64,000 nt of DNA from Psammoneis japonica (GCA_008632985.1 QPGO01000023.1:555681-619680), one strand, 5' to 3'; positions 1-12,499 are shown, numbered from the stretch's first letter. Numbers and translations: made by a program. Notes: generated from the sequence alone by a model not told the origin.

Positions 1-1399
1 ATTTGATGGGATGACAATTCAACAGGACCCATCCAATGCCCATTGCCGACTGCATGGAGCAGTTTGGGCAACAGGGATTTGACTTCTTTTTTTGGTTCTT
101 GTGCGATCTCATTGCATGGGCCGCCAAACAACATGACGTCAAATTCGAAACGCAACATTGGCAGGGAAAAAAGTCATGGCATCCTCACATCTGAATCTGT
201 CTCACATCCACAACAGTTTGTCCTTTACTTCTTCTCCTCTTGATCAGTCACAGCCATGCCAGCAGCACAATGCGCTGTTGTCATCACATCTCTGAATGCT
301 GACAAACAGTTCTGCTGGAGATTTGCCGCAGCTTTCAGCAACGATCAATGATGTTTTCCAATCTGACCGAGACTGCTCCCTCCATCCTCAAAACCGTCTC
401 CTGCATCAATGACCGTGGCCTCTTCCTCTGATGCCATTGCAATGGCAATTCTTGCCATCTGCATGCCTGCCTCATGCCATCTCAATCCAGGCTTGCCCAT
501 GACGGTTCCACTGGACCAGCCTGACCCAGTCAACCAGTCAAAGTTCCTGGAATGCTTCCAAGTCCTCTCTGGGCTTTGCCATTTTTCAGGCTGGTGCTCG
601 TCCTTGGTCTGCAAATGTGAACGCCACCATCAGTTTTTTCATGCTCTCTGCAAAGACATGCTGTCACATGATGGTGCAATGCATGGTGCCAGCACACGAC
701 AACAACAATGGCAAATCCACAGTGTTGTCAGAAAGGGCAGAAGTCCACAAAATGCTCTGAAAACTCAGCAACACCGCAGAAACAGTTTGTCATGATTGGT
801 TTGTCTGTGCTGCTCTCTGAGAGAGGGATCTCGAATGGAATTTCGACAAGGCTGTCTTCACCAGCTCCAAGACAAAAGGCATCGTGCCCCACCATTGTGG
901 ATGTTAAAAGGATGGACAGGTGACACGAACTCTTGAATGGAGTTTCGATGAAGGGTGCCATGCACCATCACCACCTGTCCTTATGAACCTCGTGACGCAG
1001 CAAGTGCTTTTGAACAACCAAAACACTGAAGAAAACCAACGCATCATGAAGAACAAAAGTCAAACCGCGGGGCAATGGAAAATCTACGTCAAGCGTCAGA
1101 TTTGCACCGACAAAATTCAAAGACATGTTGTTCATGGAAACATCAAAGCAGAGCATGGATTACAAAGTTGGACGGATGCCCCACGTGATGTGGGGAAACG
1201 CCAACTGCCATTCAATTGTGTGAGATCAATGTGAAGTGCGCAACAGTTCGCAATTCCATGGGTGAATTTTTCTTCAGAGATGTACAGCATGCATCTCAGG
1301 GATGTCATTGGCATTGTTTGAGAACAATGGGTTTGAGCATGATGGAAAAATGCAAAAGTGGAACGAGAAAAACATTCATGGTGGTGAATTCTGGATCGC

Positions 1400-2560
1400 G
1401 GCAGATGGCTGTTGAGCATGCTGGTCACTGACCAGGTCGGATCGTCAACAGGACGCAGACTGAAGATTTTGCCAACACAGCTGGGGCTCTCAAACGGACT
1501 TCCAACAACTGGCATCTTAGCCACCTTGCGTGCCTTGGGCGTCTTGAATTCTTCAACATCATCAAGGTTGGCGTGGGCGCTGACCAGTGGAGGGCTCTCG
1601 AAAGGTGACTCAAAGAATGGTTTCTCCGCCGTTTCCTCCGCCTCTTGCATCTTGTGGTCTTCGACACGGACAGAATCATTGATGTGTCGAGGGCCATTGA
1701 ACACCTCGCCTGCAGCGGGATCACGTGCACTCACCAAAGCACGACTGGACAGAGCATGATGAACGTCAGAGGCTGGACGAATGCAGTTGACGAAGACAGG
1801 AGTCTTAACTTCTTCCTCAGCCTCATGCATCTCGAACTCCTCGCCCGCAGCGGGATCGCACACTTTCCTCATGCCTGCATGGTTCACCATCTCCTGCGCT
1901 TCGAGCATCTTGCATTCTTCAACCTCTTCAAGGACGAAGTGGTTGGCGCATCGAGGGCTCTCGAACACCTCCCCCGCAGCGGGATCGCACACTTTCACCC
2001 AAGCACGACCCGATTTGGAGCATGGCTGAACGCAGTTGATGAAGGCATTAGTGTCAACTTCTTTCTGGGCCTCGTTCATCTCGAACTCCTCACCTGCAGC
2101 GGGATCACGAACTTTCGCAAGAGAACTGCCTGCTTGATGTTCAGAGCTTCACGGACTGCCATTGAAGAATGCTGTCGACACCATTTCCCGCGCATCCTGC
2201 ATCTTGCAGTCTTCGACCTCTTCAAGGACAGACTCGTTGATGCGTCGATGGCCATCGAATGTCTCCCCCGCAGTGGGATCGCGTGCTTTCACCAAAGCAC
2301 GACCCGACAGTCCCTGATGAACTTCGGAGCGTGGCTGAACACTGTTGACGAAGACTGGCGTCTTCACTGCTTCCTGGGCCTTGTGCATCTCGAACACCTC
2401 GCCCGCAGCGGGATCGCGCACTTTCACCAAAGGACGACACAACTGATCCTTGTCGAATTCGACGGGTGGCGGAATGCAGTTGATCTGACTGTCGTTCACC
2501 TTCCTTTGTTTGTCATGGCCCTGAACAATTCCCCCGCAGCAGGCGGTCTGCACATTTGTG
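1400..2560 (-). repeat. Degenerate coding tandem repeat (KV[C/R]DPAAGEVFE motif, ~7 copies) downstream of the GcvT pseudogene
   Basis: GCAGCGGGATC-like core recurs near 1711, 1848, 1977, 2097, 2269 and 2405, degenerate near 2535. Minus ORFs 1132-2079 and 2149-2604 show repeated DPAAGE(V/E/T)F peptides. Confidence 0.8.
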
Positions 2561-3900
2561 AGGCTGGCTGTTGTGAGGAATCCTGCAGAAGCGAGTTTTG
2601 ACAAAGGCCGGCTTCACCACCTGGGTCTTGTGGAAACGTGCCCCCACATTTTCGTCCACTCGAACGCAAAGCAGCACGTTTGTGCCGGTCTTGGAGAACA
2701 CCGTTTTCACGCAAGCCATGGCAATGGACATGCTGAGGCAGGGACCAAATGCGGCCGACGTCACTTGACCTGCAATGATGCTTCCCGTCACATGAGCATT
2801 TCAGCGTTCTCCTCTGGGACCTCAGTCGGGCACACAATGCCTGCGAGCTTTCGTGTCACCTTCTGAAGCCTGCCATCTTTGGTGAGGATGCGATCAGCAC
2901 CCAAGAATCTACCCTCTAGACGTCTGCGACGTGGGACGGTCCAGCCCAAGCTGGCTTCAACAGGGTTCACCGATTCGCCCAACTCCTTGCCCTTGGCACA
3001 GAGACCTGCCTCAAGGCGGAGGGTGTTCAAAGTGGTCAAGCTTCCTGGCATCACGCTGGGGTCTTCCAAGAGTTTGGATGCAAGCAAGACAGCCGACTTG
3101 ACAGCAGGGATGTGAAGCTCAAAGCCATCCTCGCCTGCAAAGCCGCGTCTGCAACAAAAAAGACAATGAAAGTTGGCCAAGCAAGCGGCAGTTTCAATCG
3201 CACGTGATGATGTCGGCACGCAAAGCAAGTGCAGTTGTCATCCTTGCCGAGCAATGTGGTGAACTTCCGTGTCACCAAGAAGACAAGTTTCTTTGTTGGA
3301 CATGAACGCCACGCGTTCCAAGTCAAAGTCCGGTGGAAGCAGCTTCTCCATTGCAGAGGACGAGCCGGGACCTTGCAGGGCCAAGATGGAATGTTGAAAG
3401 CACTCCATTTCAACTTCGCCGCAGAGCAGTTCCAACTGCTTGTTGAAATGCTGTTCGCACCAGTCGTGAGTGGTCATGACAAAGCGATCTCCCACATTTT
3501 TGATGATCGCATCGTCGATGATCCCGCCTGTTTCATTCGTCATGACGGACAAGATGCACCTGCCACGTTCAAGAGAGGCAATGTCTCCTGCAAGAATTCT
3601 CTCCAGGAACTCAACGCAGTCTTTTCCACGCCAAGATGTCTTTTGTCAAAGAGCAAGCACATGGAAAACATGGTTCGATTTAGATTTCATGCAAGAAGCT
3701 GTTTGCAATCCTGCCGGTGCGGACGAGACATGATGAACACACCTGAATGAGAAAGGACAAATCAAAGAGCGCTGCTTTTCCTTCGGAACGGCAGTGAAGG
3801 TGCTCTTGGATGGGTTGGTCGAGGCCGTCACCAACAGACTTTCCCTCTAGCTTGGATAAAAAAGCTTCGTTAACGCACAACAACATTGTCCACTGGCTCC
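2560..3900 (-). pseudogene. gcvT: Glycine cleavage T-protein (aminomethyltransferase)-like pseudogene, intron-containing and TpA-depleted
   Basis: Motifs in order: AALFDLS, FLERILAGDIASL, SVMTNETGGIIDD, LALQGP, GEDGFEL, LRLEAGLC, PVEASLGW, GQVTS..FGPCL..SIAM. Broken into several frames, no Tyr codons, intron donor near 3742. Confidence 0.8.
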
Positions 3901-5000
3901 ACTTTTCTTTGTGTGCTCAAGAAAGCAGGATACAAAGTTCAGCTTCTTTTTGAGCAGTTGCGTCAGATGATGTTGAGGGTTCGGATTGGCGGCCCTTTAG
4001 CGATCAAAATGATATGACGCAACGCAACAGGCAGGAAAGCTCAACTAATTGCATGTGTCAAAATTGCGTTGTTGAGCCGGTATGACAAAAACAGCTGACC
4101 TCAGTTGTGCCGGCGCGCAATCGTCCAACTCCCGTTCAGACATGATGACAGGCGACGACGACTCACTCGAGAGACTTACACACACATTGGACATTGGATG
4201 GAAAGCAAGGGACGAAGGCGGGCTTTTCTATCATGTCAGATATGTTGCGCATCGTTCAATCGCAAGTAGAATCCATTGCATCCAAAGATGATTCAACCAG
4301 TCACAAGCAATGCTGTTCTGAGAAGAACGACATTCCCTCGTTGAGAAGGATTTAACTTGTCATGAGAATTGCTCGTCTCATTTCGACGCACTGCCGACAT
4401 GGTGAATGTCACCCAATGTCTAACGAAAAGCAAGATCCGACCTTTACTGAGAAGCATATGGGTGGGCGAGAATCAAAACCGATAAGGAAACAGGATTCTC
4501 CTCCAACGTAGTTGCAAGCTCGTGAGGTATGTTAAAATCTCATGATATTACTTGTAAATCCGTACCTTTTCGATCTATACCTGATTAAAACAAGTAGCAA
4601 ACAAAAGAGCTGAGCTTCATGTGACTAAACCCCTGCAACCACTCGCGCAAACAGAGCAAAACATAAGAAAGAGATGCCTCATCTAAATCCCTTAGTGGTC
4701 ACGCTTGCGTTTCAAACGAAACTTCTAATGATCTCAAACTTTAATAATACATCACTGGCCTCTCTCTTTTATCGTTCAAGTGCTAGCCTCGGAAAATTGT
4801 GGTCTGATTCGCTGCTCAACTTGTGAAACTAAGTGTGCGTGGAATAGAGAGCCTTTACGGCCCATCGCATCCCCACCATGGTTTCGTTCGCAGAATCTGG
4901 TTTCGTCAAGGGCCGTACAAGCTACTTATGAACAAATGATATGCTCTCCTGTACTTACCATGAACCATGCAATGATACAAGCGCATTCGTGTCTATCTAT

Positions 5001-5408
5001 TCACGTCGACGCGGGCAAATCAGTCGCTCGCTTTCGTTTTCGTGATAGACTCGGAGTCGTTCTTAGACACGATTCGAGTGCTTGCGTTTCCTTTTCTTGT
5101 CCCATAATCGTCCCCTCCATGATTGCAATGTTTCGACGCAACTCATCCCGCATTCGTACCGCCGTCTTGATGGCATCTTCGGTTCCCTTTTGGTCCGTCG
5201 TGGACCGTTTGGCAGCAACAATAGGCCGACACGACGGAGCGCCACGTTCGTCGCAACCGTGCGGCTGTGTTGTCATCTGATTTCGATGAGGATGTCTTTG
5301 AATTGGAGTTGGGAGGTGATGATGATGATGATTTACCACTCGAGGGGGAGTGGCGGCAGCAGGAGGAGGACGAGTGGCGGGTGGTGTCGTTGCGTTGCTG
5401 GTGCTCAT
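5001..5408 (-). CDS. Hypothetical small protein with low-complexity N-terminus, coiled coil and basic KRKR tail
   Basis: ORF 5001-5444 with a heptad-like stretch (RMRDELRRNIAIMEGTIMGQEKETQALE); no family recognised. Confidence 0.4.
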   Translation of the reverse strand: MSTSNATTPPATRPPPAAATPPRVVNHHHHHLPTPIQRHPHRNQMTTQPHGCDERGAPSCRPIVAAKRSTTDQKGTEDAIKTAVRMRDELRRNIAIMEGTIMGQEKETQALESCLRTTPSLSRKRKRATDLPAST

Positions 5409-5579
5409 GGTTGTTGTTGCTTTCGTGCTTGTGAGGTGTTGCAATGCGTGCGCGGTCGACGGAAGGATGTCTCCCGGGTTACATTCTGTTGTGTACGACG
5501 AGCAGACGGAAGCATAATTCCGGGTTATGTTACGTGGATGTTGCTTTGATTTTCTCGCGAAAAAGATCCGACCGCCGAC

Positions 5580-6482
5580 ATGCCCATGATGCGATCTTCA
5601 CGACGCCATGGGCAGACATTGCTTGCTCTCTTTTCACTCACCAACACCAGGACGTCAAGTCTGAGTACCTTGAGTGATGTCATTGTTGGATCTTCAACAT
5701 TATCGAAAAGTTCAACCACGTCGTCACGACCGAAACAAACAAGCGTGACATCTAGTAGCTTGCAGCGAGTGTCGCAGAGAAGCGGTATTGTTACACCACC
5801 ACGACACGGTTTCATACTTCCTCGCTTCATGACATCTGCCTATGATGGTGAACCGAGTGATGGCACTGCTGGTTTGTCGGATTTGTCATACATTCCGTAT
5901 GAAACTGCACTCTCCAATGGCATCCAAGTACAGGTTGGTCCGTTTGATGAATCGGAATGGCAAGCAGGCATGGACTTGATGAATTTAATAATCCGTGAGG
6001 GAAAGAGTTGGCCATTTGATGGTGAATTTGAAACCATGGATGCTTACCGGGGTTACTTTATGTCTCACGCTGCCTTTGTGGTGAGAACATTGGAACCTAG
6101 TGTCGACGCAAACGGAAAAGCCGCACCGGAGGGTACTGTCGTGGGCTGTTTTTACATTAAACCCAATTATCCCGGTCGCTGTTCACACATTTGCAATGGT
6201 GGATTCATTACCAATCCAGCCTTTCGACGAATGGGAGTTGCCAAGCTCATGGGACAAGTCTTTTTGCGTTGTGCCCGCGATTTGGGATACAAGTCGGCGT
6301 ACTTTAACCTTGTCTTTGAATCCAATACAGCCAGTGTTGCATTGTGGGAATCATTGGGCTTTCAACGAGTGGCGGTATTGGAAAACGCTGCCGACTTGGA
6401 GGGAGTCGAGGGACTCGACACGGCCTTTGGATACCGTTTCGATTTGGAGAAACTCAGTGATGATTATCTCTTTACGATTTGA
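5580..6482 (+). CDS. GNAT N-acetyltransferase, Mpr1/Spt10-GNAT (azetidine-2-carboxylate acetyltransferase-like) type
   Basis: FYIKPNYPGRCSHICNGGF...RRMGVAKLMG...YFNLVFESNTASVALWESLGF matches this subfamily. The true start may be the later Met (MTSAYD, ~5829). Confidence 0.8.
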   Translation: MPMMRSSRRHGQTLLALFSLTNTRTSSLSTLSDVIVGSSTLSKSSTTSSRPKQTSVTSSSLQRVSQRSGIVTPPRHGFILPRFMTSAYDGEPSDGTAGLSDLSYIPYETALSNGIQVQVGPFDESEWQAGMDLMNLIIREGKSWPFDGEFETMDAYRGYFMSHAAFVVRTLEPSVDANGKAAPEGTVVGCFYIKPNYPGRCSHICNGGFITNPAFRRMGVAKLMGQVFLRCARDLGYKSAYFNLVFESNTASVALWESLGFQRVAVLENAADLEGVEGLDTAFGYRFDLEKLSDDYLFTI

Positions 6483-6880
6483 AAATGATGTTGCCCTCTA
6501 TGTAATCAAAGTCTGCTACAAAAGAACAAGTTGAGCACTAATTTAACCTGAAATCGATCAATAGCGCCATTGTACCATGACTTTCGTCCCTTCTTTCGGC
6601 GGGGCAGACTGTGGCGCTTATTTTTGAAAATTTGGTGTTCGTGAGACGTTTTATACGGTTATGTTTCCCGCGAATAATTCGCGCGCAATGCCGTTCCGAC
6701 TGAATGACGTCGTGATCTTTTCACGCAGAAAACATACCAAATCCTACGTACGAGCACGAAATCTCCCTCCGACGCACCAATGCTTTTTTCTGTTGGTCAC
6801 GCAACAGACACAAGACTTGCGCCAGCAAAGAAATTTTGTGTCGCTACAACTACGACAAACCAAAAAACAAACAGTAGACC

Positions 6881-9800
6881 ATGAGCGGTGCATTGGCAGT
6901 TGGTGCTGTGGCGGGTGCCTTGGCATCCCAAGCAGCCCGTCGCTTATCGGGTGAAAATCTGAGTGGCGCGGCAATAAGCGCTTCTGCCAACGACGGTGTG
7001 CAACAGAAAAATGTTGGAATCCTAGCCATGGAGGTTTACACGCCCTCCACTTTTGTCAAGCAAGAAGCACTCGAAGAACATGCCGGAGTGAGCAAGGGGC
7101 GTTATACAATTGGTCTTGGACAAGAGGGATTGGGTGTTTGTGGAGATGCCGAAGACGTCAACAGTCTCTGTTTGACTGTGGTTCATTCACTCTTGGAAAA
7201 GTGAGTAAAGTCCCGGGAAAAAGTTCTTTGTTTTGTTTTTACAACAGTTTTCTGATCTGATTTTGTTTCTTTTGTTCTAATAACTAGGTACGCCATTGAT
7301 CCCTCAGAAGTTGGGCGTCTCGAGGTTGGTACAGAGACGCTCGTTGACAAGTCCAAGAGTACTAAAACGATCTTGATGGATCTGTTTCCCGGCAACACGG
7401 ACATTGAGGGTGCTACCGTTGTCAATGCGTGTTATGGCGGTACAGCCGCATTGTTGAATGCCTTTAATTGGGTAGAAAGCGATGGATGGGATGGACGGTT
7501 TGCCATTGTTGTGGCTGCCGACATTGCTGCCTATGCCCGAGGTCCTGCCCGACCAACCTGTGGTGCCGGTGCAGTGGCTGTCCTTGTCGGACGAGACGCT
7601 CCTCTGTGTGCCAATCCAAAAGAGCGTGCGACACATGCCGCCAATGTATGGGATTTTTTCAAACCAGATCATACCGTGGAATATCCCACTGTGGACGGGG
7701 CTCTGTCACAAGTTTGTTATTATCAAGCGTTGGAGGACTGCTACAATCGCTTTGCGGACAAGATGGATAAACTTGGCAAGGCAGAGCAAAAGTCGTCCTA
7801 TTTTGATGCAGAGTCACCGGACTACTTTTGCTTCCACGCACCCTACAACAAGTTGGTACAGAAATCGTTTGCTCGTTTGTTCTTGTTGGATGCCCGCAGG
7901 GCACACGAACGCATGACGAATTCAGACGCGGAGGAAAAGAAGGAAGCAACACCCAATCAGGAAGCTTTGGCCGAGTGGCTCACCAAACCCATTGAAGAAA
8001 CCTATTCCGACAAGGCACTGGAGGGTGCTCTAAAGAAGCTTGCAGCTCCTGCATACAAGGTGCGCTTGACGGATTCAAATGCAGCGTCCAAGGCTATAGG
8101 CAACACGTACACGGCCAGTGTCTTTTTCGGTTTGGCATCTCTAGTGGATCGCGTCGGTGGAAGAGGAGAATTGACACCCGGTAAACAAGTGGTTGTATTT
8201 AGTTATGGGTCTGGTGCCCTTGCCAGCATGTACAAGCTTCGAGTGTACGTGAGCTCTTGAGAATTATGCAATGCTTTGTTTTCTTGCATAAGTCTCACCT
8301 TATTTGTCATTCTCCTGCATCTCGCTTCTTCAGCCGTGAACCCACATCACAGACTCGTTTCACAGTATCCAAAATGGTGGAAGCCTTGGCTTTGACCAAG
8401 CGATTGGCTTCACGTGAAGAAGTGCACCCATCCGAGTTGGACCACGCCTTGGAAACTCGTGCACGCATGCATCGTGCAGGCGCTCCTACTCTCCCGTGTA
8501 CCCCACTGTTGGACGTCTATTTCCCGGTACTATTATCTCAACGGAATTGATTCCAAATGGACGCGATCCTACTCTCGCGTCCCTCTGGATGCAGCCATGG
8601 TGTCGCATGGTTCGTCTCTGGCGCCTCCTATTGTGCTGCGGCTTCACGATCGGGATGCCGTTTCCACTCCGGTGACTGGCAAACTCGAGGTGCTGACATC
8701 TGCTGCGGCGGGTGACTCGGACAAAATTACAGAGGCTCGTCGTCGTGTCGCTTGTGTCATTACTGGAACATCGGCAGGACTGCCTGGTGGTGGCAAGGTG
8801 TTTCGAGCCGACAACATGGCTCGACTAGTGGCTGGCGAACAGTGCATTGCGCCCATTAGCGGCAGTACAAAAATGGCGCTATTGGATAAGAATGTGGTTC
8901 AGATTAAAAAGCTTCCCGATGGAACAATTAAGCGCATCCCTGTTGACAAGGAATCGCAAGTGGTCAAGCTGGCAGCTCAGCTCGGAAGCCTTGATTTGAC
9001 GGCCTCTTATGGCGTCCCGCCCGGATTGGCGGAAACCATGGATGTTGCTGCACAGGTGGCTGTAGCCGCCGGAATGGAAGCACTCAAGTCTGCAGGTCTC
9101 GTAAGCGGCAAATCGAACTCTCCCGAGGAGTGGAAACTGCCGGAACAATATCGTGATTGCACTGGTGTGGTGTATGCGTCGAGCTTTCCTGCCATGGATG
9201 CCGCAGTGGGCGAAGTAATGCGTTTCTTGCAATCCAAAACAGTTGGCGCGGCCGATACCATGCGCCTGATTTCCGCGCTGAGGAGTCGCCTCTTGCGAGC
9301 TTCTCCCGAGCGAGAGCTGTCGGACGATGATGAGGCTGCTTTTGCCAGGCTCTTGTCTCGCGCACGCGAAACAGATGGCATGAACAGTACGGACGAATTG
9401 TCGGTATCTTCTTCCTACGAGTTTGACCGCAAATTCTTGTTCCGTGTGCTTGTATTGGGAAATGCTCAGCTTGCGCAGCTGGCGGGATGCAGAGGTCCCA
9501 ACACCCAGACGAATGCAGCTTGTGCCGGAACAACACAGGTAAGACTACTGGCGAGACTTGCCTCTTGTTATCCTCTTCGATTGCTTACTCACATTTTCCC
9601 TTTCAAAACAACATAGGCTATTGCTATGGCACAAGACATGCTAATCTCAGGTCGCGCTGAACGTGTGGTAGTCGTTGCTGGCGATAACGGGTCTGGTGAA
9701 ACTCTCCTACCGTGGCTCGGATCGGGCTTTCGTGCACTTGGCGCTGCTTCACTGTTGAGCTGTAGAGGACGCGGCCTGTCCATTCGACTTGCGCAGATCT

Positions 9801-10407
9801 GGTATGCTTCTGGGTGCAGGGGGTATCGGTATGGTTCTCGAAACAGAAACGAGCTCAATAGAACGACTAAAGCTATCCTCGTCCGGTTCCTTTGAGGTGA
9901 AAGCACGTCTTCTGGCAACCCAGTACTCGAATTCTGCATTCCATGGTGCAGCCTTGATAGGAAACACATTGGCTCCGAGCTGAAGCGATTCTTGAATGAT
10001 GTGGAACTGATTCACGGCATTTGCAAAGCTGAGATCGCTACGCACGGTGTGTACTTTTCTCATGAGACTGGCACTCACGCTTCAAGTGCGTCTAGCTGTG
10101 CTGGTAACGAGGTTGCCGGCCTACGCTTTGGGTTCGGTGACGAACTCTTGTCCAAGATGATTATTCTTAACACAAAGGGATATACAGGACATCCAATGGG
10201 TGTGTCGTTTGAGGATGTTGCAGCGGTGGAAGTGCTCATGAAGCAGGTTGTACCAGCAGTCCCAAACTACAAGGAAAAGGATGATACTTGGGAGAACTCA
10301 ACATTTCCAAGGGAGGCCCATACGCTTGCCGCTACGCCTTGAGATTTGCAGCCGGCTTTGGAAGTCAGGTGGCATTCGCTCTCTACGCTACTGCTCAATA
10401 TGAATGA
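6881..10407 (+). CDS. HMGS: HMG-CoA synthase fused to a C-terminal beta-ketoacyl synthase (KS) domain; 4 exons, several apparent 1-nt indel errors
   Basis: HMGS motifs: [67 protein letters not shown] motifs: [40 protein letters not shown]. Introns 7201-7287, 8245-8333 and 9539-9616 (GT..AG, frame-compatible); stop TGA at 10405-10407. Confidence 0.85.
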
Positions 10408-10556
10408 AGCGTACGTGATACAGAAGCAACCCTTGCTACTTCACCATCCTTGATATAACCGCCTATGTAAGTTTCAGTTTATAATAGCAGCTTACCGTTC
10501 TGTAGCTTTAGCATTTTCCCTGAATGTTCTCTGCCGTAGCAGGATTACGGAGCTTT

Positions 10557-11315
10557 TCACTGGATTTCCAAAACGTCCAGAATTGTCTTTAGTGCCTTCT
10601 GAGCAAGAATAACTTGCTTCTTGCTCTCTTCCAGGTATTTCAACACTTCGTCCTTTCCTCCGCCGGGGTTGTATTCTCCAAATTGCGAAATAAAGGCCAT
10701 ACTATTACTCATGTTCATGGCAGTATTCCATCTTCTGTTGCTTCAAAGAATGGCTCCAACTTGTCAGGATCCAAATCCATATTCTTGACCTTGTTGAAAC
10801 CTTTTCAATTTGAAAGAGTGGATCGGTGGTGGATCGAAGACCCATGTAGCGGCGAACAGGTTCTGCATCCCGTTTGCATTCTCCACCATTTTCCTAATAC
10901 AAATAAGAATATATATTACGTATAGATGGTGAGAAAAGCAGGTACGACATTCGATTGAAGAAAACTGTTGTTCCTTGACAACTTACTCGGCATACGGTTG
11001 TTTCTTTCTCCCAATTTTCAAGCAAATAGGATATACCATCATAACCAGTTTTGATGCGTTGAAGTTCCTCCTGACTAGGACCTGCTGCCGCCGCTGCTAT
11101 GCTTGGATTAGCAATAATAGACGCCAAACCGAACGCACTTGCTGCTGCCGCCGCTGCTGCATCACGACGGGATACCTGTCCATCATTCGGCTGGAGATTC
11201 AATCTAACAGTCGATGGACGCCCACTCTTTGATGCGGAAGTTGAGAAGGCTGACGCTTCTTTACCTCCCAGAAGAAGAGAGCCGTTAAGATGATTCCTCT
11301 ACTCTGCACCATCAT
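10557..11315 (-). CDS. Plastid/thylakoid-lumen-targeted protein (signal peptide, Tat RR motif, Ala-rich lumen peptide), possibly PsbQ-like helical protein
   Basis: Hydrophobic N-terminus, SAF motif, then VSRRDAAAAAAASAFGLASIIANPSIAAA. Intron near 10895-10986; exon 2 reads ENGGECKRDAEPVRRYMGLRSTTDPLFQIEKV. Contains frameshifts. Confidence 0.65.
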
Positions 11316-11586
11316 GGTCAATCTCTGCTTGTCATGCCAAAATACCGTGCAAAATAATGATGATGCGTGCCGAAATCCTGAATCCAACGCGCAGCCGCAT
11401 GACTGACGTGTTCGGTCAGGTGGCGGGAGCAACACACTTCTTCTTCAGACAAAGAGACATCTATTCAGCTCATGACCTGTCGTACGTCAGTCACCTCCAA
11501 AAACTGCCGCCTGCGAGGATCGACGATCGACGATGGCGTCACTTGTCAAGTGATACAATACACTTACTTCAGATCATCAAGATCTG

Positions 11587-12378
11587 ATGACTCTGTCAAA
11601 GCATCTGTTGCTCTTTTTGGCATTTACGTGCCCCACATTTGCGTTTTCTACCTCGGCAACCGCTACCGTATTCCACCGAGGCTACAACTTCTTTGGAAAA
11701 CATCCAACAACCACACAGAGTATTGCAGTACATTCCAACTTGTTTCGCTTTCGAGGTGGGGACCAAGAGGCTGAGATTGAACAAGAAAAGCAATTGACCA
11801 ATAGCTTTGCAATGCCCATCCTCTCATCTTTGCGTCACTTGGGCAAGCGTATGGCAATCGCTTGAAAGCAACCCTGTGCCACCAAGAGTGTGACGGCGTG
11901 CTGTATCTTTGCCTTGTCGGATTATGTGGCACAGCGATTCTCAACTGAAGAAAAGGAAAATCACAGTATGATTTGAAGAGAACAATAACCTCGGCTCTGT
12001 GGGGCTTTTATACTTTGGACCGGCGGCGCATGCCTGGTACTATCACATTTTTCGCTTCTTTCCTGGAACGGATTGGCCAGCACCTTGCAAAAGGCAGTCA
12101 TGGGTCAACTGCTCTTTGGTCCATCCTTTACTTGCATTTTTTTTGCCACGTCTCTTTTGAATACTGGCACATTCAGTCTAGGTGCGTGGTGGAACAAAAT
12201 CCGAACAGACCTGCCTGGCACATGGGCTGCCGGACTAGGCTTTTGGCCTTTTGTCGACCTAATCAGTTATTCACTGATTGCTCCCGAATGGATTCCTCTC
12301 TTTGTCAATACGTGCTCCTTTATCTGGACGGTCTATCTAAGTATTGTGGCAAACAGAAGAAGTCAAAAAGAAGAGTAA
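11587..12378 (+). CDS. Mpv17/PMP22 family membrane protein with N-terminal targeting peptide (apparent frameshifts)
   Basis: ATKSVT..IFALSDYVAQ, YFGPAAHAWY, QKAVMGQLLFGPSFT, FWPFVDLISYSLI, LFVNTCSFIWTVYLS are Mpv17/PMP22 hallmarks spread across shifting frames. Confidence 0.8.
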
Positions 12379-12499
12379 ACCGTCGGAAGTATGAGTATGA
12401 ATGAACGCGCGTTCCTGATTTTAAGCTGTTTAATTCTAGTTCCTTCCTGCTATCCGTATTTAAGGGTCGGGACGTGCTCGTCTAGATGAATGAGTAGTC

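Noticed and set aside
1645..2601. 318-aa plus-strand ORF
   Set aside because: Antisense shadow of the minus-strand repeat, open because TA-containing stops are depleted.
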